A stretch of DNA of 64,000 bases from a virus. The stretch spans positions 5,356-69,355 of IMG/VR virus record IMGVR_UViG_3300030390_001781. One strand, 5' to 3'. The notes beneath the pieces are model-generated. The model was not told the DNA's origin and searched no databases. It saw only the letters and a program-made list of their open reading frames with translations. Of this stretch, positions 42,090-51,205 are shown one piece after another; positions within the stretch are counted from its first letter, which is position 1, and each line of letters starts with the position of its first letter. The position numbers were made by a program, and so were the translations under genes.

Positions 42090-42123
42090 AAACCATTCCT
42101 CAAGCATAAAAGCTTAAAAAATT

Positions 42124-42723
42124 TTATTCTTCTAGCATTATTTTTGAATTAGGATTGTCTTGATACGAATAATAAAATTCGTGGTTCTTGTATATTTCAT
42201 TTATTAACTCGTCGAACATTTCTATTTCTACTGACAATTCATTTTCATTGTTTTGCAACTCTTCTATTTTAAATATAAAATTTTCATAAAAAAACTGTGG
42301 ATTGCAATTTTCTTTTTTGTGAATTTTCTTATAGAAGTTTCTAAGCATTTCTACTTTATTAGCAATTTCTTTTTTCTTGTCTTTAAGCTTCATCATCATT
42401 TTGTTTAACTCTCCGATAACATCGCTTAATGTTTGAAATTGTGATTCAGTAATAACATTTACTATCAGTCCTTCAAAAACAGATTTAAAATATTCTATTT
42501 TTATCTTTTCAGTAATCTCTGTAGTACTTCCAGTAATATCATAAGTTTGTCTACGCTTAGAATTAGACAACACATTATAAGCTTCTTTAATAGCCTTAAA
42601 TTCTTTTTCTTTACCTTTTATTAAGTCAGGGTGATTGAGTTTAACTAGCCGTTTATAGGCTAGTTTAATCTCTTTATCAGTAGCTTTTTTATCTACTTCT
42701 AATAATTCATATAAGTCTTTCAT
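42124..42723 (-). CDS. DnaJ (J-domain) protein
   Basis: DLYELLEV...EIKLAYKRLVKLNHPD...FKAIKEAYNVLSN..RRQTYD canonical J-domain plus coiled coil. Confidence 0.9.
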   Translation of the reverse strand: MKDLYELLEVDKKATDKEIKLAYKRLVKLNHPDLIKGKEKEFKAIKEAYNVLSNSKRRQTYDITGSTTEITEKIKIEYFKSVFEGLIVNVITESQFQTLSDVIGELNKMMMKLKDKKKEIANKVEMLRNFYKKIHKKENCNPQFFYENFIFKIEELQNNENELSVEIEMFDELINEIYKNHEFYYSYQDNPNSKIMLEE

Positions 42724-43100
42724 TATTTTGAATCTTTAATATTACCAATTATAACTGCTCTTTCGTTTAATGGAAACAACATACGTTCTCCATGACCTTC
42801 GTACATTTTAAGTCTAAACATTCCCATTATCTTATTAAAACAAACTACCCATTTTTTAGGAGTTTCGTCTTCATAATTTATTTCAATAATATCATTTTCA
42901 AAAATCTCATTAGACATAGAGTCTTTTAAAAATGTATTTTGACATATACTTCTTTGCTTAATGTTATAAGCATTACCTGAATTATCAATAACTTCTGTTA
43001 GTTTTAATCCTTCTTTTCCTTCCCAAGAATACTTAGGAGCGCCTATAACCCATTCTCTAGGAATATCATCTCTACGCGCTTTAACTAAAATATTTTTCAT
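42723..43100 (-). CDS. YopX family protein
   Basis: ICQNTFLKD...EIFENDII...VIIGNI; start taken at MKNILVKARR, downstream of the terminator. Confidence 0.75.
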   Translation of the reverse strand: MKNILVKARRDDIPREWVIGAPKYSWEGKEGLKLTEVIDNSGNAYNIKQRSICQNTFLKDSMSNEIFENDIIEINYEDETPKKWVVCFNKIMGMFRLKMYEGHGERMLFPLNERAVIIGNIKDSK

Positions 43101-43110
43101 AATTAATTTT

Positions 43111-43146
43111 AAAAAAAGTAGCAACAGCATTACGCTATTGCTACTT
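43111..43146 (-). terminator. intrinsic terminator
   Basis: Minus strand AAGTAGCAATAGCG-TAAT-GCTGTTGCTAC-T7. Confidence 0.75.
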
Positions 43147-43150
43147 ATGG

Positions 43151-43429
43151 TTACTTAATATCAGCTACACTTGCTCTAGTTCTAAATACGTTAGAATTAA
43201 ATTCTTTCATAAACTTACGACTGTAGTATGGCTTATAATCATTATTAATCTTAAAATCTTCACCACGTGTTTCTATGGTTGTGTACCATCTTATTTGATT
43301 AAAGATAGCTTCTGCTGAATACTTTTGATAACCAGCATTCATTACTTGTTTAGTAAAATAACAAAACAATCTAAAAACTTCAGGATTGTTAGCGTGATAC
43401 TCTTCAAATTCCTCTCTAGTTTTTGCCAT
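43151..43429 (-). CDS. conserved phage protein (HTH-like)
   Basis: FEEYHANNPEVF...YSAEAIFNQIRW...FKINNDYKPYYSR pattern. Confidence 0.6.
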   Translation of the reverse strand: MAKTREEFEEYHANNPEVFRLFCYFTKQVMNAGYQKYSAEAIFNQIRWYTTIETRGEDFKINNDYKPYYSRKFMKEFNSNVFRTRASVADIK

Positions 43430-43430
43430 T

Positions 43431-44288
43431 TTAATACAATGTTTGACTAATGAATTTTCTACTTACATCTAAATCAGGATTAGACAAATGATAAGTCAAG
43501 TCTTTTAAACCTTGAGTGTATTTTTCTCTACCTCTGTCTAAAAATGAACTGTCTGCTTTAAATACACCTACATTATAAGGGTACATAGTTTCTACTACAA
43601 CAAAGTAATAGTCTTTAACATCAACAATATCACAATATAATGCAGCAGCTTGATCATAGTCATACATTCTACAACTTTTAGCAAATTCCATTGCATTAGA
43701 ACTTGTAGTCTTTAAATCAACGACAAAGTTATCAAACTTTATACCATCAACTTTACACTTAACTTTAGTTCCGTTAAAATCATTAGTATAAATGTTTTCT
43801 ACTAAATCACAAGCTTTAATTAAATTTGTTGCTTCATCTATTTTAGAAAATGATGCAAACATTTTATCTAAGTTGTTCATTTCATCTCTCGATAAAATAG
43901 TCATTCCTTCAGCAGATGGCTTAATTTCTTCTTCATACCATTGCTTATACTTTTTAGTCATTCTAGGTTTTTTACCACCTATCTCTTCGCACATTTCTTC
44001 ATCGTCAAATACAAAATATCTAATACCAAATTCTTCTGGTTCTAAAACCATACAATGAAACGCACTACCAATATCAAAAGCCTTTGATGACTTTTTAAGT
44101 TCTCCATTTAGGTAACACATATAATTTCTTATACCACCTTTTTGGAATTGTTTTAGCATTGAATTGGATATATAGTCCTTTTCATCAAAATACCAACTGT
44201 CGTCCTTATCAATTCTTCTTTTTTGATTTGGGTCGGTTTTTTTCAAATGCTCTAAATAATCTTTTGCTTGTTCGCTACTTGTTATCAT
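43431..44288 (-). CDS. RecE/exonuclease VIII-like PD-(D/E)XK nuclease (DUF3799)
   Basis: ISNSMLK, FDIGSAFHCMVLEPEEF, KCKVD, VDLKTT, YDYDQAALY. Confidence 0.85.
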   Translation of the reverse strand: MITSSEQAKDYLEHLKKTDPNQKRRIDKDDSWYFDEKDYISNSMLKQFQKGGIRNYMCYLNGELKKSSKAFDIGSAFHCMVLEPEEFGIRYFVFDDEEMCEEIGGKKPRMTKKYKQWYEEEIKPSAEGMTILSRDEMNNLDKMFASFSKIDEATNLIKACDLVENIYTNDFNGTKVKCKVDGIKFDNFVVDLKTTSSNAMEFAKSCRMYDYDQAAALYCDIVDVKDYYFVVVETMYPYNVGVFKADSSFLDRGREKYTQGLKDLTYHLSNPDLDVSRKFISQTLY

Positions 44289-44766
44289 TTACCTTTACTT
44301 TTTCAATTAAACTTTTTACTTCTTCTATTAACTGTTCTGTTTGTTGCTCTAACTTTATTGCTTCAAACTTTAATGCGTTTTTACTCATATACTCCAACGG
44401 AATTTCTTCTTTTGGATTTATTCGTGGTTTTTTCTTTTTTGGAAATAAATTATTAATAGCATCAATATCTATAATTTCCCAATCAATTTGTTTTTGTTTA
44501 ACAAATTCAATTAATAAATCAGCGTCTAATAAGACATCTCTAATTTCAGAAAGACTAATTGGTATTGTATCAACACTTTCTTTGTCTTTATAAAATTCTA
44601 CAATTTCATCAACAAAAGCTTTAGGAATTTCTTCTTTAGCTTTTAGTTTATCCACTAACTTGTTTAGTGAATATTTGCTGTACTTAAATTTTGTTACTGC
44701 TGTACTAACATACTCATTTGATTGATTGTGTAAAATCACATAACCTCTGTCGAAGCTATCAATCAT
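44275..44766 (-). CDS. hypothetical protein
   Basis: ORF track 44275..44844; start taken at MIDSF, coupled to the upstream stop. Confidence 0.55.
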   Translation of the reverse strand: MIDSFDRGYVILHNQSNEYVSTAVTKFKYSKYSLNKLVDKLKAKEEIPKAFVDEIVEFYKDKESVDTIPISLSEIRDVLLDADLLIEFVKQKQIDWEIIDIDAINNLFPKKKKPRINPKEEIPLEYMSKNALKFEAIKLEQQTEQLIEEVKSLIEKVKVNDNK

Positions 44767-45385
44767 TATGTGTTTTTGCTTGTACCTCATTAACAAACTG
44801 TTCCAGGTTTCTAACTTTAAATTTGATTTTTCTGAGTTTTGCACTTTTATCGGTTATTAAAAATCGAGTTGGCACAAAGTACTTTTTAAATAAGCTTGGT
44901 AATTTAACGAGATTAACAAATACTGCTTCTCGTTGAAAAAGCCAATTCATTTTTACTTTAGTGTACCTAGTCATGTTATTTTGGTCAAAATCAGGTTTAA
45001 CTTCAAAGACAGTAATTACATCAATGCCTCTAATTGTTCCTATAAACATAGTTTGTGATTGACCTTTCATCAACTTATCCTTAGTGTTTAATGTTTCTAC
45101 AAAAACACCTAAAGCTTTTTGTGTCCAATGGACTACAAAATCAGGAGTATAAACCAATCCTTTTTGAATTGTTTCCTCTCCTTTGGTTGTTTTTAATTTT
45201 GTTTTTAATTGCTCTTGTTTTACAAATGACTTTGTAACTGCATCAGACAACTCGTAAGTGTACGGTTCGTATAAAACATTACTTACATAGCCAGCATTGT
45301 AAAGGTCTACTAAAAACCAATAAAAAAACCTTTCTTCTTTCGACTGAAAATCATTAGTATTAACTCTTGGAAATAAATCGTTCAT
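44759..45385 (-). CDS. PD-(D/E)XK endonuclease (DUF1064 / resolvase-like)
   Basis: FQSKEE, YEP, YTPDF, FEVK catalytic pattern. Confidence 0.7.
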   Translation of the reverse strand: MNDLFPRVNTNDFQSKEERFFYWFLVDLYNAGYVSNVLYEPYTYELSDAVTKSFVKQEQLKTKLKTTKGEETIQKGLVYTPDFVVHWTQKALGVFVETLNTKDKLMKGQSQTMFIGTIRGIDVITVFEVKPDFDQNNMTRYTKVKMNWLFQREAVFVNLVKLPSLFKKYFVPTRFLITDKSAKLRKIKFKVRNLEQFVNEVQAKTHND

Positions 45386-45393
45386 AATAAAAA

Positions 45394-45424
45394 TCAAAGA
45401 GCAAAGGGAAAACCAATGCTCTTT
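45394..45424 (-). promoter_or_regulatory. motif stem-loop upstream of PD-(D/E)XK nuclease
   Basis: + tcAAAGAGCAaagggaaaaccaaTGCTCTTT. Confidence 0.6.
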
Positions 45425-45430
45425 ATAAAT

Positions 45431-45814
45431 TTAATGGTTTGCAATAACTTTTTTCATAACCTCACTAAATCTTTCTTCATATTCTTCAGTACCGTACATA
45501 TTGTTTATGTCATCAAATAACTTCTTTAAAAAGAATAAATTATATAACATATCTTCTCCATGTATAGGTTCTAAGTTTATAGTTAAAACTGTAAAACAAT
45601 CATCGTTATAAATACAATCCCAACTAGAAACTATATAATTAATAGATTTAAATAACACAATAAATTCTTCATGTATTACGTCTTCAAATTCTTCTTTTAA
45701 TACTTCAAAAGAAACTTTAAATTTTATTTCTTTGCTATTAATACCAAAGTTATTAGGTAGTTTAATTTTCTTAAACTCCTCTATTAGCTTTCCACGCTTC
45801 GTAAATGTTAACAT
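45431..45814 (-). CDS. hypothetical protein
   Basis: 127 aa ORF in the - strand operon. Confidence 0.5.
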   Translation of the reverse strand: MLTFTKRGKLIEEFKKIKLPNNFGINSKEIKFKVSFEVLKEEFEDVIHEEFIVLFKSINYIVSSWDCIYNDDCFTVLTINLEPIHGEDMLYNLFFLKKLFDDINNMYGTEEYEERFSEVMKKVIANH

Positions 45815-45935
45815 TATCTTCTATTTTATTAAATATTTCTTCTATCCTGTCTTCAAAAGGATAAAACTTTTCTAAATCAAATTTTAATTCAACATTATCA
45901 GCAATCTCTTCTATTTTTTCTTCTATGCTTAACAT
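45771..45935 (-). CDS. small acidic protein (54 aa; not in ORF track)
   Basis: MLSIEEKIEEIADNVELKFDLEKFYPFEDRIEEIFNKIEDNVNIYEAWKANRGV*; overlaps the stop of the NinB-like gene. Confidence 0.45.
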   Translation of the reverse strand: MLSIEEKIEEIADNVELKFDLEKFYPFEDRIEEIFNKIEDNVNIYEAWKANRGV

Positions 45936-46369
45936 ATTTGATTAATAAAATTATCTTGGTTTGGGTCTGGTATTATAATATCTTTTTCTGCAAAAGCATT
46001 TTGTAATCTTTTGTAAAACTCGTTAAACTCCTCTACAGTCATGTCAGAAGTTCTTTTTTGCTTTACTTCTAAAACATTATGTCCAAACAACATTTTAGAT
46101 TCTAACTTAATACCATCAGTTATATTCAAAGCTAATGCGTGAGCAGTATCTTTTGCTAACACTTCACCACTTTGTTGCTCTATGCCTTTTATAATCGTTG
46201 GAATAGCAACTCCCCAATACCATCTATTCTGTCTATCACTACGTTTTCTTACAAGTTTTTGTATTCTAACAGAAACATTTTTACCTTCTAAACTTTGTAC
46301 TTGTAATTCTAATATTTCTCTGTTAAAGAAAATTATTTGTCCTTGTTCTACTTTTGCTATATACTCCAT
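45929..46369 (-). CDS. NinB/Orf-like recombination protein
   Basis: RSDRQNRWYWGV and TSDMTVEEFNEFY..LQ...I.IPDP motifs. Confidence 0.7.
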   Translation of the reverse strand: MEYIAKVEQGQIIFFNREILELQVQSLEGKNVSVRIQKLVRKRSDRQNRWYWGVAIPTIIKGIEQQSGEVLAKDTAHALALNITDGIKLESKMLFGHNVLEVKQKRTSDMTVEEFNEFYKRLQNAFAEKDIIIPDPNQDNFINQIC

Positions 46370-46370
46370 A

Positions 46371-46404
46371 AAAAAGAAAAGGAAGCTTTTACACTTCCTT
46401 TTTT
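46371..46404 (-). terminator. intrinsic terminator after SSB gene
   Basis: AAAAGGAAG-loop-CTTCCTTTT flanked by A/T tracts. Confidence 0.55.
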
Positions 46405-46408
46405 GTAT

Positions 46409-47065
46409 TTACATTATTGAATCAAAAGGATCACTACTTTCTTTAGTTAAGAAATCCTCTTCTTTTTCTACTCCTCCATGTAATTTATCCCAATAAGACT
46501 TAGCATCGTCATATGCTTTTCTTCTTTTAGGATTTAATGGAATGATTTTTTGAATGTCATTCATACTTTTGTTAATTGTATTGTTAGGGTGTTCTACAAT
46601 GCTAACTTTAGTAAAGTTCTTTAATAAAGGTTCTTTACTATCTCTATCAACTATAAAAGCTTCTTCTAATACTATAACAATTTTAACTTGTTTACTTAGT
46701 AAATCAGCACATAGCTTTTGTCTATTTGCTTTATAACTAGGATAATCAGTTGCTTCACAACTTTCGCATAATCTTTTAAAGATTGAACCTTTAACTTCAT
46801 TTGCTTTTTCATTAAAACTAGGGTGTGGCAAAACTGCTTTATACCTAATAATATCACCAGCATTTTCAGCTGATTTAGCTTTGTTTTGACTTGCTGTTGT
46901 AAGCAATCTAAAAACAATATCAAACATTTCTGCATCAGGTGTTTTACCAAATGCTCCTTGTTTATAATCTACACTTTCTATTACTGCTAAAGCAATGTCA
47001 GGGTGTTGTGCGTAACTTGGAGTTGACTTCAACTCTGATTTTTGAACTAAATCGAATGCATCCAT
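46409..47065 (-). CDS. putative single-stranded DNA-binding protein (DUF669-like)
   Basis: Directly after Sak4; OB-fold-like strand pattern and acidic C-terminus (EEDFLTKESSDPF). Confidence 0.55.
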   Translation of the reverse strand: MDAFDLVQKSELKSTPSYAQHPDIALAVIESVDYKQGAFGKTPDAEMFDIVFRLLTTASQNKAKSAENAGDIIRYKAVLPHPSFNEKANEVKGSIFKRLCESCEATDYPSYKANRQKLCADLLSKQVKIVIVLEEAFIVDRDSKEPLLKNFTKVSIVEHPNNTINKSMNDIQKIIPLNPKRRKAYDDAKSYWDKLHGGVEKEEDFLTKESSDPFDSIM

Positions 47066-47087
47066 TTTTACTACTTTTTAAATTTTA

Positions 47088-47774
47088 CTATAAATAATTA
47101 TCAATACTAGGTAACTCTTCATTTGTCTCAAAATACTTTTCACAACGTTCTTGAAATAAGTTTAAATCGTTTGGAATGTACTCAGGTGCTAAACCTAAAG
47201 GTGTCTTAGCTGAAACTGTACTGTATTTAGAATTTTTGTTTGTTAAAAATACATACTTAAACTCTGAATCTTGTTCTTCAACAGTTGAGTACAATACATT
47301 TACAAACTCTTTTTCAATAGACTTTTTCCATCTATTACCTTGTACTACAGCATATCTTTCAGATATACCTTCAGCACTTTCAATAACTTGGTCAATAGAA
47401 ATCATAGCAACATACTTATCTAAAGAAGATTTTGACTTCTTAAATACTTCAGATAAAGTTTGATTGTATAAATTCCATTTGTCAAAACCACCTCCCGTTA
47501 CACGTTCAGCGTGTTCATCAATCATTTCTATCAAAGACGTTAATGACTCAACTACTATATGAGTTATTTTATCGCTTTTTAAAGCCTTTTCAAAAGCTTT
47601 GTCAAACTGTGGATAGTTATGTATCGCAAAGTTCATTTTAAAATCTTTACCTTCTCTAAACGGCAACGTTTTTCTCTCTGTATTAAAGATAATTGTTGTG
47701 TCTTTGGGTAAATTTCTGATACTAGAAGATTTTCCTGTACCAGATGGTCCTAGAATTAGCGTGTTTGGCTTCAT
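47088..47774 (-). CDS. Sak4-like AAA ATPase (AAA_24) ssDNA-annealing protein
   Basis: ILGPSGTGKSSS Walker A, IVVES Walker B, SAKTPLG, IPNDL. Confidence 0.85.
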   Translation of the reverse strand: MKPNTLILGPSGTGKSSSIRNLPKDTTIIFNTERKTLPFREGKDFKMNFAIHNYPQFDKAFEKALKSDKITHIVVESLTSLIEMIDEHAERVTGGGFDKWNLYNQTLSEVFKKSKSSLDKYVAMISIDQVIESAEGISERYAVVQGNRWKKSIEKEFVNVLYSTVEEQDSEFKYVFLTNKNSKYSTVSAKTPLGLAPEYIPNDLNLFQERCEKYFETNEELPSIDNYL

Positions 47775-47775
47775 G

Positions 47776-48006
47776 TTAATTTAAAAATAAAAGTTGATAA
47801 TCGTCGTTTTCTTGTGCGAATTTTAATTGTTCTTTTGTTTCTACTTTTTGTAAAAAACCTGTTTCTAAATGATACCATAAAGCAGGTTTTAAAAGTTTTT
47901 CCTTGTCGTTTAATGTTTTTATTCCCAACTCTATCAGCTGCCTACAAACTTTTTCAAAGTCATTACTGTTCTCAATAACGCTTTTTTTAATTATAAGTCT
48001 AAACAT
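47776..48006 (-). CDS. hypothetical protein
   Basis: ORF track 47776..48018; start taken at MFRLII, downstream of a TAnnTTTG box. Confidence 0.5.
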   Translation of the reverse strand: MFRLIIKKSVIENSNDFEKVCRQLIELGIKTLNDKEKLLKPALWYHLETGFLQKVETKEQLKFAQENDDYQLLFLN

Positions 48007-48019
48007 ATCTCCTACCATA

Positions 48020-48027
48020 CAAATGTA
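48020..48027 (-). promoter_or_regulatory. candidate Bacteroidota sigma70 -7 box (TACATTTG)
   Basis: Exact TAnnTTTG on - strand upstream of the Sak4/SSB/nuclease operon. Confidence 0.4.
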
Positions 48028-48054
48028 ATTAATTTACAATAAAATTCATAACTT

Positions 48055-48234
48055 TTAGTTCTCTTTTTTTTTCAAAAACATGAAATAACCTTTGAAATTT
48101 ATTTCACGTTTTTGTTTTAATAATTTTCTTACAGAGTTCCAAAAAGCTTTGATTATTATCGTTACTATAACTGCTTTAAGTTTAGTGTTTTTGCACACTA
48201 ATTGCTGAATTTGCCAATATTTGGATTTTTGCAT
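48055..48234 (-). CDS. short HU/IHF-like protein (59 aa; not in ORF track)
   Basis: MQKSKYWQIQQLVCKNTKLKAVIVTIIIKAFWNSVRKLLKQKREINFKGYFMFLKKKEN*: two helices then INFKGYFMF strand, like HU/IHF. Confidence 0.5.
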   Translation of the reverse strand: MQKSKYWQIQQLVCKNTKLKAVIVTIIIKAFWNSVRKLLKQKREINFKGYFMFLKKKEN

Positions 48235-49582
48235 TTTCTTTAAAATCGCTTATGAATTTAACATACTTACTAACGTAGTTTGCATAAACAGTTCCAACGC
48301 CAGTACTTCTACCCTTTGCAATAATAATCTCAACATCAGTTTCTAACTCAGGTATTCCTCTTTCTTGCATTTCATAATAAGCAGGTCTATATGGAAATAT
48401 AACCATGTCTGCGTCTTGTTCTATTGCACCCGACTCACGTAAATCTGAAAGCATAGGTCTTTTGTTTGGTCTAGCATTAACTTGTCGATTTAACTGACTT
48501 AACGCTATAACTACAATCTTTAACTCTGCTGCAACTTCTTTCAACGACCTAGATATAGAAGCAATTTCTTGCTCTCTGTTACCAGATTTAGACTTAAATG
48601 ATATTAACTGCAAGTAATCTATAATAACTAGCTTAGAACCATGTCTAATGACTTGTTTTCTAATCTGATTAATAATTTTACCTAGTTTTCTTGAAGTATC
48701 ATCTATAAAATAATTTCTAGATTTAAACGTATTTACGGTTTTTTGTACTTGACCTTTATCAATACTATCTAAAGATTTATCTCTAAACTTATACATTTCA
48801 ATACAACTATATGAACTAATTAATCTCTTAGTTAATTCTAAATCTGTCATTTCTAAACTAAAGAAAAGAGGATTAACGTTGTCAAACATGATGTTGTTTT
48901 TAAATATCTCTAATGCAAATGCTGTTTTACCCATTGAAGGTGCGCCAGCTATAATTATTAGATTATTTAAATCAAACTGATAAATAAATGAATCTAAACA
49001 AGGTATGCCACTTCTGACTCCTAGTGAAACTTCACTTTCTAAATCATTAATAAAATTAATCATAGATTTCTCTACGTTAAAATCTTCAACTTCTGCTAAT
49101 TCTTGAATATCTAATAGACTTTTATGTATAGATTGTATAATTTCTATACCGTCTTGACTATCATTACACATTTCGCTAATATTTCTCGATAATGAGAATA
49201 ATTCTCGTCTTTGTGTATAACCATTCAATATTTTAACATGATCTTTTATGTTTTTATCAGTATCAGCTTTATCACATATCATTTCTAAATAACTAATGAG
49301 ATTGATTTCGCTTTTTACATTTGATAAAATGACATATTTTTTTCTAATTAGCATATCTGTAACAGTAGTAATATCTATTTTAGATACTTTACTTAAATCA
49401 GATATAGCAGCATAGATTAATCTTGTTTCAGTAGTTGAAAAGTCTTTCACAGAAACACTATCAGATAATAAATAGTAAGTATCTCCGTAATTAATAAAAG
49501 TGCCTAAAACAGCTTCTTCTATCTCTACATTCGTTTGCCCAATAAAATTCGGTAAGTTGTCAAAACTTAACTGTTCTCCCAT
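48182..49582 (-). CDS. dnaB: replicative DNA helicase DnaB
   Basis: IEEAVLG, IIAGAPSMGKT, FSLEM, IIDYLQLI, ALSQLNR, LSDLRESGAIEQDAD. Confidence 0.95.
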   Translation of the reverse strand: MGEQLSFDNLPNFIGQTNVEIEEAVLGTFINYGDTYYLLSDSVSVKDFSTTETRLIYAAISDLSKVSKIDITTVTDMLIRKKYVILSNVKSEINLISYLEMICDKADTDKNIKDHVKILNGYTQRRELFSLSRNISEMCNDSQDGIEIIQSIHKSLLDIQELAEVEDFNVEKSMINFINDLESEVSLGVRSGIPCLDSFIYQFDLNNLIIIAGAPSMGKTAFALEIFKNNIMFDNVNPLFFSLEMTDLELTKRLISSYSCIEMYKFRDKSLDSIDKGQVQKTVNTFKSRNYFIDDTSRKLGKIINQIRKQVIRHGSKLVIIDYLQLISFKSKSGNREQEIASISRSLKEVAAELKIVVIALSQLNRQVNARPNKRPMLSDLRESGAIEQDADMVIFPYRPAYYEMQERGIPELETDVEIIIAKGRSTGVGTVYANYVSKYVKFISDFKENAKIQILANSAISVQKH

Positions 49583-49603
49583 AATAAATAATGAATTAAA
49601 TAA

Positions 49604-49624
49604 CCAAGCCACAAAGGGAAAACC
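49604..49624 (-). promoter_or_regulatory. motif copy upstream of dnaB
   Basis: + ccaagccacaaagggaaaacc. Confidence 0.65.
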
Positions 49625-49627
49625 AAA

Positions 49628-49792
49628 CTAATGTTCGGTTTCCTTTATGTCTTTACAATTACTTTCAACTGATTTTGAATTTTTCTCACAGTTTTTAATT
49701 TTTACAATTGATACAACTGATATTCCTATAGTTGTTATTGCTATTGTAAAAAGTAGTAGAAATAAATTTCTTCTAAATTTAATCAATTCCAT
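49628..49792 (-). CDS. small membrane protein (54 aa; not in ORF track)
   Basis: MELIKFRRNLFLLLFTIAITTIGISVVSIVKIKNCEK...; overlaps the ThiF stop. Confidence 0.45.
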   Translation of the reverse strand: MELIKFRRNLFLLLFTIAITTIGISVVSIVKIKNCEKNSKSVESNCKDIKETEH

Positions 49793-50529
49793 TGAATACT
49801 TTTTGAAGATAATGTTTCTAATGAAACATAAATACCTTTGTAAATCATTTGTTCTTTTGTTAATAGCTCGTCTAAAAGATTAAGTCCATGACTAGCAAGT
49901 AAAGGATTCATAAACAACTTTTGTTTTGATATAGCTTCTGCTATAGAGCAACTAGGTTCATTTAAATCTTCTTTAGTTTTTAAATAATCTTTAGGAAAAC
50001 CATAACTAGCTGTTTCTGTTTTAACATTTTTTCCAGGAACGTAACTAACATATACTTGTCCGTAATCATAACTGTTACCAAAATCAACAATATAAACACC
50101 TTCTCCGTAATTTATATCTTGTCCTTTTATTTTATGAGAAACATAGTTGTAAACTTGTTTTCTTACTTTCATGTTATCAGGACACAATATAATTACTTGT
50201 GTTTCTTTGATTTTTTTAACATCATATTCATCTTCATAAGCATTCCAATCAAAGCCATAATTTCTGTTAATATTACTAACAATAGTTTTAGCTTTACTTT
50301 CTCCTATTTCATCGTCGTTATATAGTTGTCTTACTGTGTTAGACTCACTTATAACGTCAGGGTCATAAACATTTACATTTATGCCTTGACTATTCATTAC
50401 AACTTCATTATGTACTAAATTTAGTTTTGCTAAACCTTGTAAAACATAAGAACCTGTACCTCCAACGCCTATTAAGTCTATCTTAATAGGCGATAAAGGA
50501 TTAGAGAGAAACCTTTTTGTTAAGTGCAT
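49783..50529 (-). CDS. PRTRC system ThiF family protein (E1-like)
   Basis: IGVGGTGS, YDPDVISESNTVRQ, DFGN, PSCSIAEAISKQKLFMN. Confidence 0.9.
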   Translation of the reverse strand: MHLTKRFLSNPLSPIKIDLIGVGGTGSYVLQGLAKLNLVHNEVVMNSQGINVNVYDPDVISESNTVRQLYNDDEIGESKAKTIVSNINRNYGFDWNAYEDEYDVKKIKETQVIILCPDNMKVRKQVYNYVSHKIKGQDINYGEGVYIVDFGNSYDYGQVYVSYVPGKNVKTETASYGFPKDYLKTKEDLNEPSCSIAEAISKQKLFMNPLLASHGLNLLDELLTKEQMIYKGIYVSLETLSSKSIQWN

Positions 50530-51205
50530 TTAATACGTTTTTAATTTTTTTACCACTATCAATATGATTTTGACTTTGTTCTTTTTCAGTCATTTCATAA
50601 AATAAGTTTGTATCAAATTGTAAACCTGACTGCAAATGATTGTTGAAATTAGAGTTCCAAAATAAATCATGAAGATTAGTTTTAAGCATTCTTAAACTTT
50701 TAAAAACATAATCTCTTCCTTTTAAAGAATTTCCCCAACATATTTTACCATCGTCATAAACATTAGGAGTAGCTAATCTATAAAGTTTAGTTTCTAAATG
50801 TCTAAATTTCTTATAAGCATAAACATAAACTTCATTACCGTCATATACCCAAAAAGTACTAGGACAATAATAAATTTCATTTTTAGTACCCATAGAAATT
50901 ATTCTTTTACTAGGTTTGTCTGTCCACGCTATTAAAGTGTTTTCAGGAGAATTATCTAGCCAAAAAAATGTATTAGGCTTACAGTCTACATTAATTGCAA
51001 TGTTTGTACCTTTTTCAACAACTAAATCTTTTAAGAAATTAATTGTTTTTATGCTAGCAGGCTTACCTACTAGCATTTTACCATTTTTATCTATATCTCT
51101 TACTTCTACATAATCATTACCTTCATTATTATTATAAAAAATCATTGTTTTTTTAGGTAATAAATTTTGTATTGGTTTAAATACAGCGTTTTCTAAATCT
51201 GCCAT
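50501..51205 (-). CDS. PRTRC system protein B (prokaryotic E2 family D)
   Basis: YVEVRDIDKNGKM, TKLYRLATPNVYDDGKICWGN, FWNSNFNNH. Confidence 0.85.
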   Translation of the reverse strand: MADLENAVFKPIQNLLPKKTMIFYNNNEGNDYVEVRDIDKNGKMLVGKPASIKTINFLKDLVVEKGTNIAINVDCKPNTFFWLDNSPENTLIAWTDKPSKRIISMGTKNEIYYCPSTFWVYDGNEVYVYAYKKFRHLETKLYRLATPNVYDDGKICWGNSLKGRDYVFKSLRMLKTNLHDLFWNSNFNNHLQSGLQFDTNLFYEMTEKEQSQNHIDSGKKIKNVLNALNKKVSL

